Source: Paramoeba atlantica (taxonomy: Eukaryota; Protista; Discosea). Taken from it: a stretch of DNA of 64,000 nucleotides. Under the pieces are notes generated by a model that was not told the origin of the DNA, made no database searches, and saw nothing but the letters and a program-made list of their open reading frames with translations. A program made the translations under genes and the position numbers. The stretch lies in the NCBI GenBank assembly GCA_977017575.1, contig CDRNVI010000052.1, positions 124,001 to 188,000 of the forward strand. The letters are read 5' to 3'. Positions 61,843 through 64,000 of the stretch are shown here, in pieces. The first letter of the stretch is position 1, and the number at the start of each line of letters is the position of its first letter.

Positions 61843-63219
61843 ATGCATTTAAACCGTGATTCGAAATTATTTAGATCTCAAAAAAAAACATTAGAAATCA
61901 TAATTATGTCACCGGGCAAGAAGGCATCACCGACCTCGATATTATCTCCTCCACTTGCCCTGAATCCTTCCTCGGATGGAAGGCCACGTGTTCCTCTCTT
62001 TATGGTCTCAAAAGGATTTTATGATTCATCTTCATCAACAAAAAATCAGCACGCTGAAGTAAATCTTGCGTCCCATCCAACCGTGCCAATCACCCATATT
62101 GATGTGTTTGATTTTGATGGCACCCTTTTTCGTTCTCCCATGCCCACCCGCGAGTTTTGGTCTTCGTTACTTGCCTCAGAACATATACAGGTCGCGTCCA
62201 ATCAACGACAAATATTTTCCTACCAGTCCTCATGTAGGAAACGGGCCGCCAGTCTTTGTGGTCGTTTCATGGATACGGTCTCCAACGGTGGGCTAGGTTG
62301 GTTTCAAAGCGTCGAAACACTACTGTCTCCGGCCACTCCTCTTGGTGCGGAACACCTTGATGATACCTTTTTACCTGATAATTCTGCCACACACCATGTC
62401 TTGTCCTCTTCTGAGGGCAGGTTAGAACCTCACTGTTGTCTTGGAGAGAGGAGCGCTACTCTCTCAGAGCACTGGTTCTCGCCTACTGTACTTCCCGCCC
62501 TACAGGCCTCCGCGTGTGATCCCGCCCACTTAACTATTGTTCTCACGGGACGCGCAGAGACCTTCCGCCCGCTTGTGGAGGAAGTGATTCGCTCCATTGG
62601 GGTTTCGCCCGACGATGTTCATTTAAAGCCCTTCCCGAGGCAAGGAAGTCCTCAAGCCTCGTCTCGGAGGAAGGGCAACGAACCTGCAGTCCGTACAACG
62701 CTGGACATGAAGTTTGAATATTTGCTTCCGATTGTACAGTATTTTTGTTTTGATTCTTCGTCAGCTATAGAGGACGAAGACTCAGATACGCCGAAGTCAA
62801 ATTCTGTCAATGCAAAGAGTCCAGGAAGCCCAGTTTTTATCACCATTTACGAGGACAGAGTGCGACATGTTCAGCGTTTCCATGAGTTTCTTTCCAGTCT
62901 GGACGGTTCCTCTTGCTCTATTGATGTCAGTTCTTACCTCAAATCTCACACTAAAAAGAATATAAATGTTTGTTCTGGGAAAGCCCGTTTCAACTTTTCG
63001 GTTCAGCACGTGACGGATGGTATATCTGTGCCTCTTAAATCTGAATTGGAGCTTGCCATGGTGTCGCATTTACAGCACATAAATCAGGTTCGCTTTATAG
63101 ATCTTTGTCATAAATGTTGTTTTCCGGGACATCGAGAACACGAATGTCAGTCAGAGCCTAATCGATATTTGCAACTTATCAGGGACAGTAAACTACATTT
63201 CAGTTATAGAAATACTTAA
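61843..63219 (+). CDS. HAD-superfamily (Swiss-Army-Knife RNA-repair-like) protein with C-terminal zinc knuckle
   Basis: VFDFDGTLFRSP, GWF, VLTGR, LKP, FK/MKF, IYEDR..H; CHKCCFPGHREHEC fits CX2CX4HX4C. Confidence 0.75.
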   Translation: MHLNRDSKLFRSQKKTLEIIIMSPGKKASPTSILSPPLALNPSSDGRPRVPLFMVSKGFYDSSSSTKNQHAEVNLASHPTVPITHIDVFDFDGTLFRSPMPTREFWSSLLASEHIQVASNQRQIFSYQSSCRKRAASLCGRFMDTVSNGGLGWFQSVETLLSPATPLGAEHLDDTFLPDNSATHHVLSSSEGRLEPHCCLGERSATLSEHWFSPTVLPALQASACDPAHLTIVLTGRAETFRPLVEEVIRSIGVSPDDVHLKPFPRQGSPQASSRRKGNEPAVRTTLDMKFEYLLPIVQYFCFDSSSAIEDEDSDTPKSNSVNAKSPGSPVFITIYEDRVRHVQRFHEFLSSLDGSSCSIDVSSYLKSHTKKNINVCSGKARFNFSVQHVTDGISVPLKSELELAMVSHLQHINQVRFIDLCHKCCFPGHREHECQSEPNRYLQLIRDSKLHFSYRNT

Positions 63220-63765
63220 AATGACAAGGCTTTGGCATATGATGCTTTCTATTTTACTGGTGACGTTAGGTAAACAAAGTGCTGAATTTCCACGGTTACG
63301 CTGTAAAGTTTTCAAGCCGTTTTATATGGAATGCCCTCCGAGTTCCTTCTCACGTTCTTCGCTTGTTTTTACTTTCTTGTATTTTCCTCGAAAATGCTTG
63401 TAAACGCTTTTTGTGCTAGCGTCTAGAACTTTGATAGCAACTCCCGACAGTCGGCTTCCTACCCAACACGGCCTTTGAGACAGTCTGGGAGAAAATTTAG
63501 AACTTACTCTGTGAAAGTGTCATTGTAAGTTGAATATGATTAACCTGATCAAGGGCGTGGCAGAAGCATTATACAGTGCTTCAATGTGTATAAAGTTCCA
63601 AAGAGTATTTTCTTAAATAATGAATCCTTTTTGTGGGCTTTTTTCACGTTTTTGGGAGTCTATTATGCTAATCCGCTTTCTATTTTCAGCACTTAACTGA
63701 ACTTATGAATCGAATTTAGTGTAGTGGATTATCACGATTCGGAACACATCAAGAAAAGTCTATCC

Positions 63766-64000
63766 ATGGCGAGTAGCCATGCGAGTACTGAGTACTTGCT
63801 GGAGTCAAGAAAATCATACGTATTTCTAAATCGCATCCGACGCGACCTACACCTATCACAAATCTGTGCGGCCACAGCTATGGTATACTACCACAGTTTT
63901 TATCGCGCACAAACAACATTTTCCCGTCAACTTAACTCACATCTTGTTGCGCTGGCATCTTTACTTCTGGCTAGTAAAGTGGAGAACACACCTTGCACTC
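63766..64000 (+). CDS. Cyclin (transcription-type), 5' partial at the window edge
   Basis: ATAMVYYHSFY...VALASLLLASKVENTP cyclin-box pattern; runs off the window. Confidence 0.75.
   Translation, partial: MASSHASTEYLLESRKSYVFLNRIRRDLHLSQICAATAMVYYHSFYRAQTTFSRQLNSHLVALASLLLASKVENTPCT

Overview
Eukaryotic nuclear DNA from a kinetoplastid. The evidence is a glycosomal-type malate dehydrogenase ending in SKL, about 30 intron-less host genes all on the + strand as in a polycistronic cluster, and polypyrimidine/AG trans-splice acceptors. The short dispersed LRR genes resemble the family I recall from the endosymbiont Perkinsela, so a Perkinsela-like (Prokinetoplastina) origin is my inference. Housekeeping genes (COQ4, MCM8-like, TSR2-like, ABC1 kinase, PRP6-like, POLD2, UNG, type 2 IDI, a cyclin) are interleaved with ten LRR-family genes. 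Large intergenic blocks (20.8-28.6, 39.2-43.2, 44.1-48.9, 50.7-52.6 and 56.0-56.4 kb) are filled with nested TA-flanked DNA transposons: four decayed IS630/Tc1-type transposases (DD35E and DD32E) and many MITEs. They also hold 3' remnants of an RLE-type non-LTR retroelement and a tRNA-like module. The most striking unexplained signals are: (i) a GCGCCGC-GAA-GCGGCGC hairpin plus T-run shared by unrelated MITE families and always in the transcription sense; (ii) a shikimate kinase-like protein with a peroxisomal SKL signal; (iii) recurrent intragenic C-to-G skew-switch islands; and (iv) the LRR family's conserved N-terminal motif. No database search or alignment was run, and all coordinates were read by eye.
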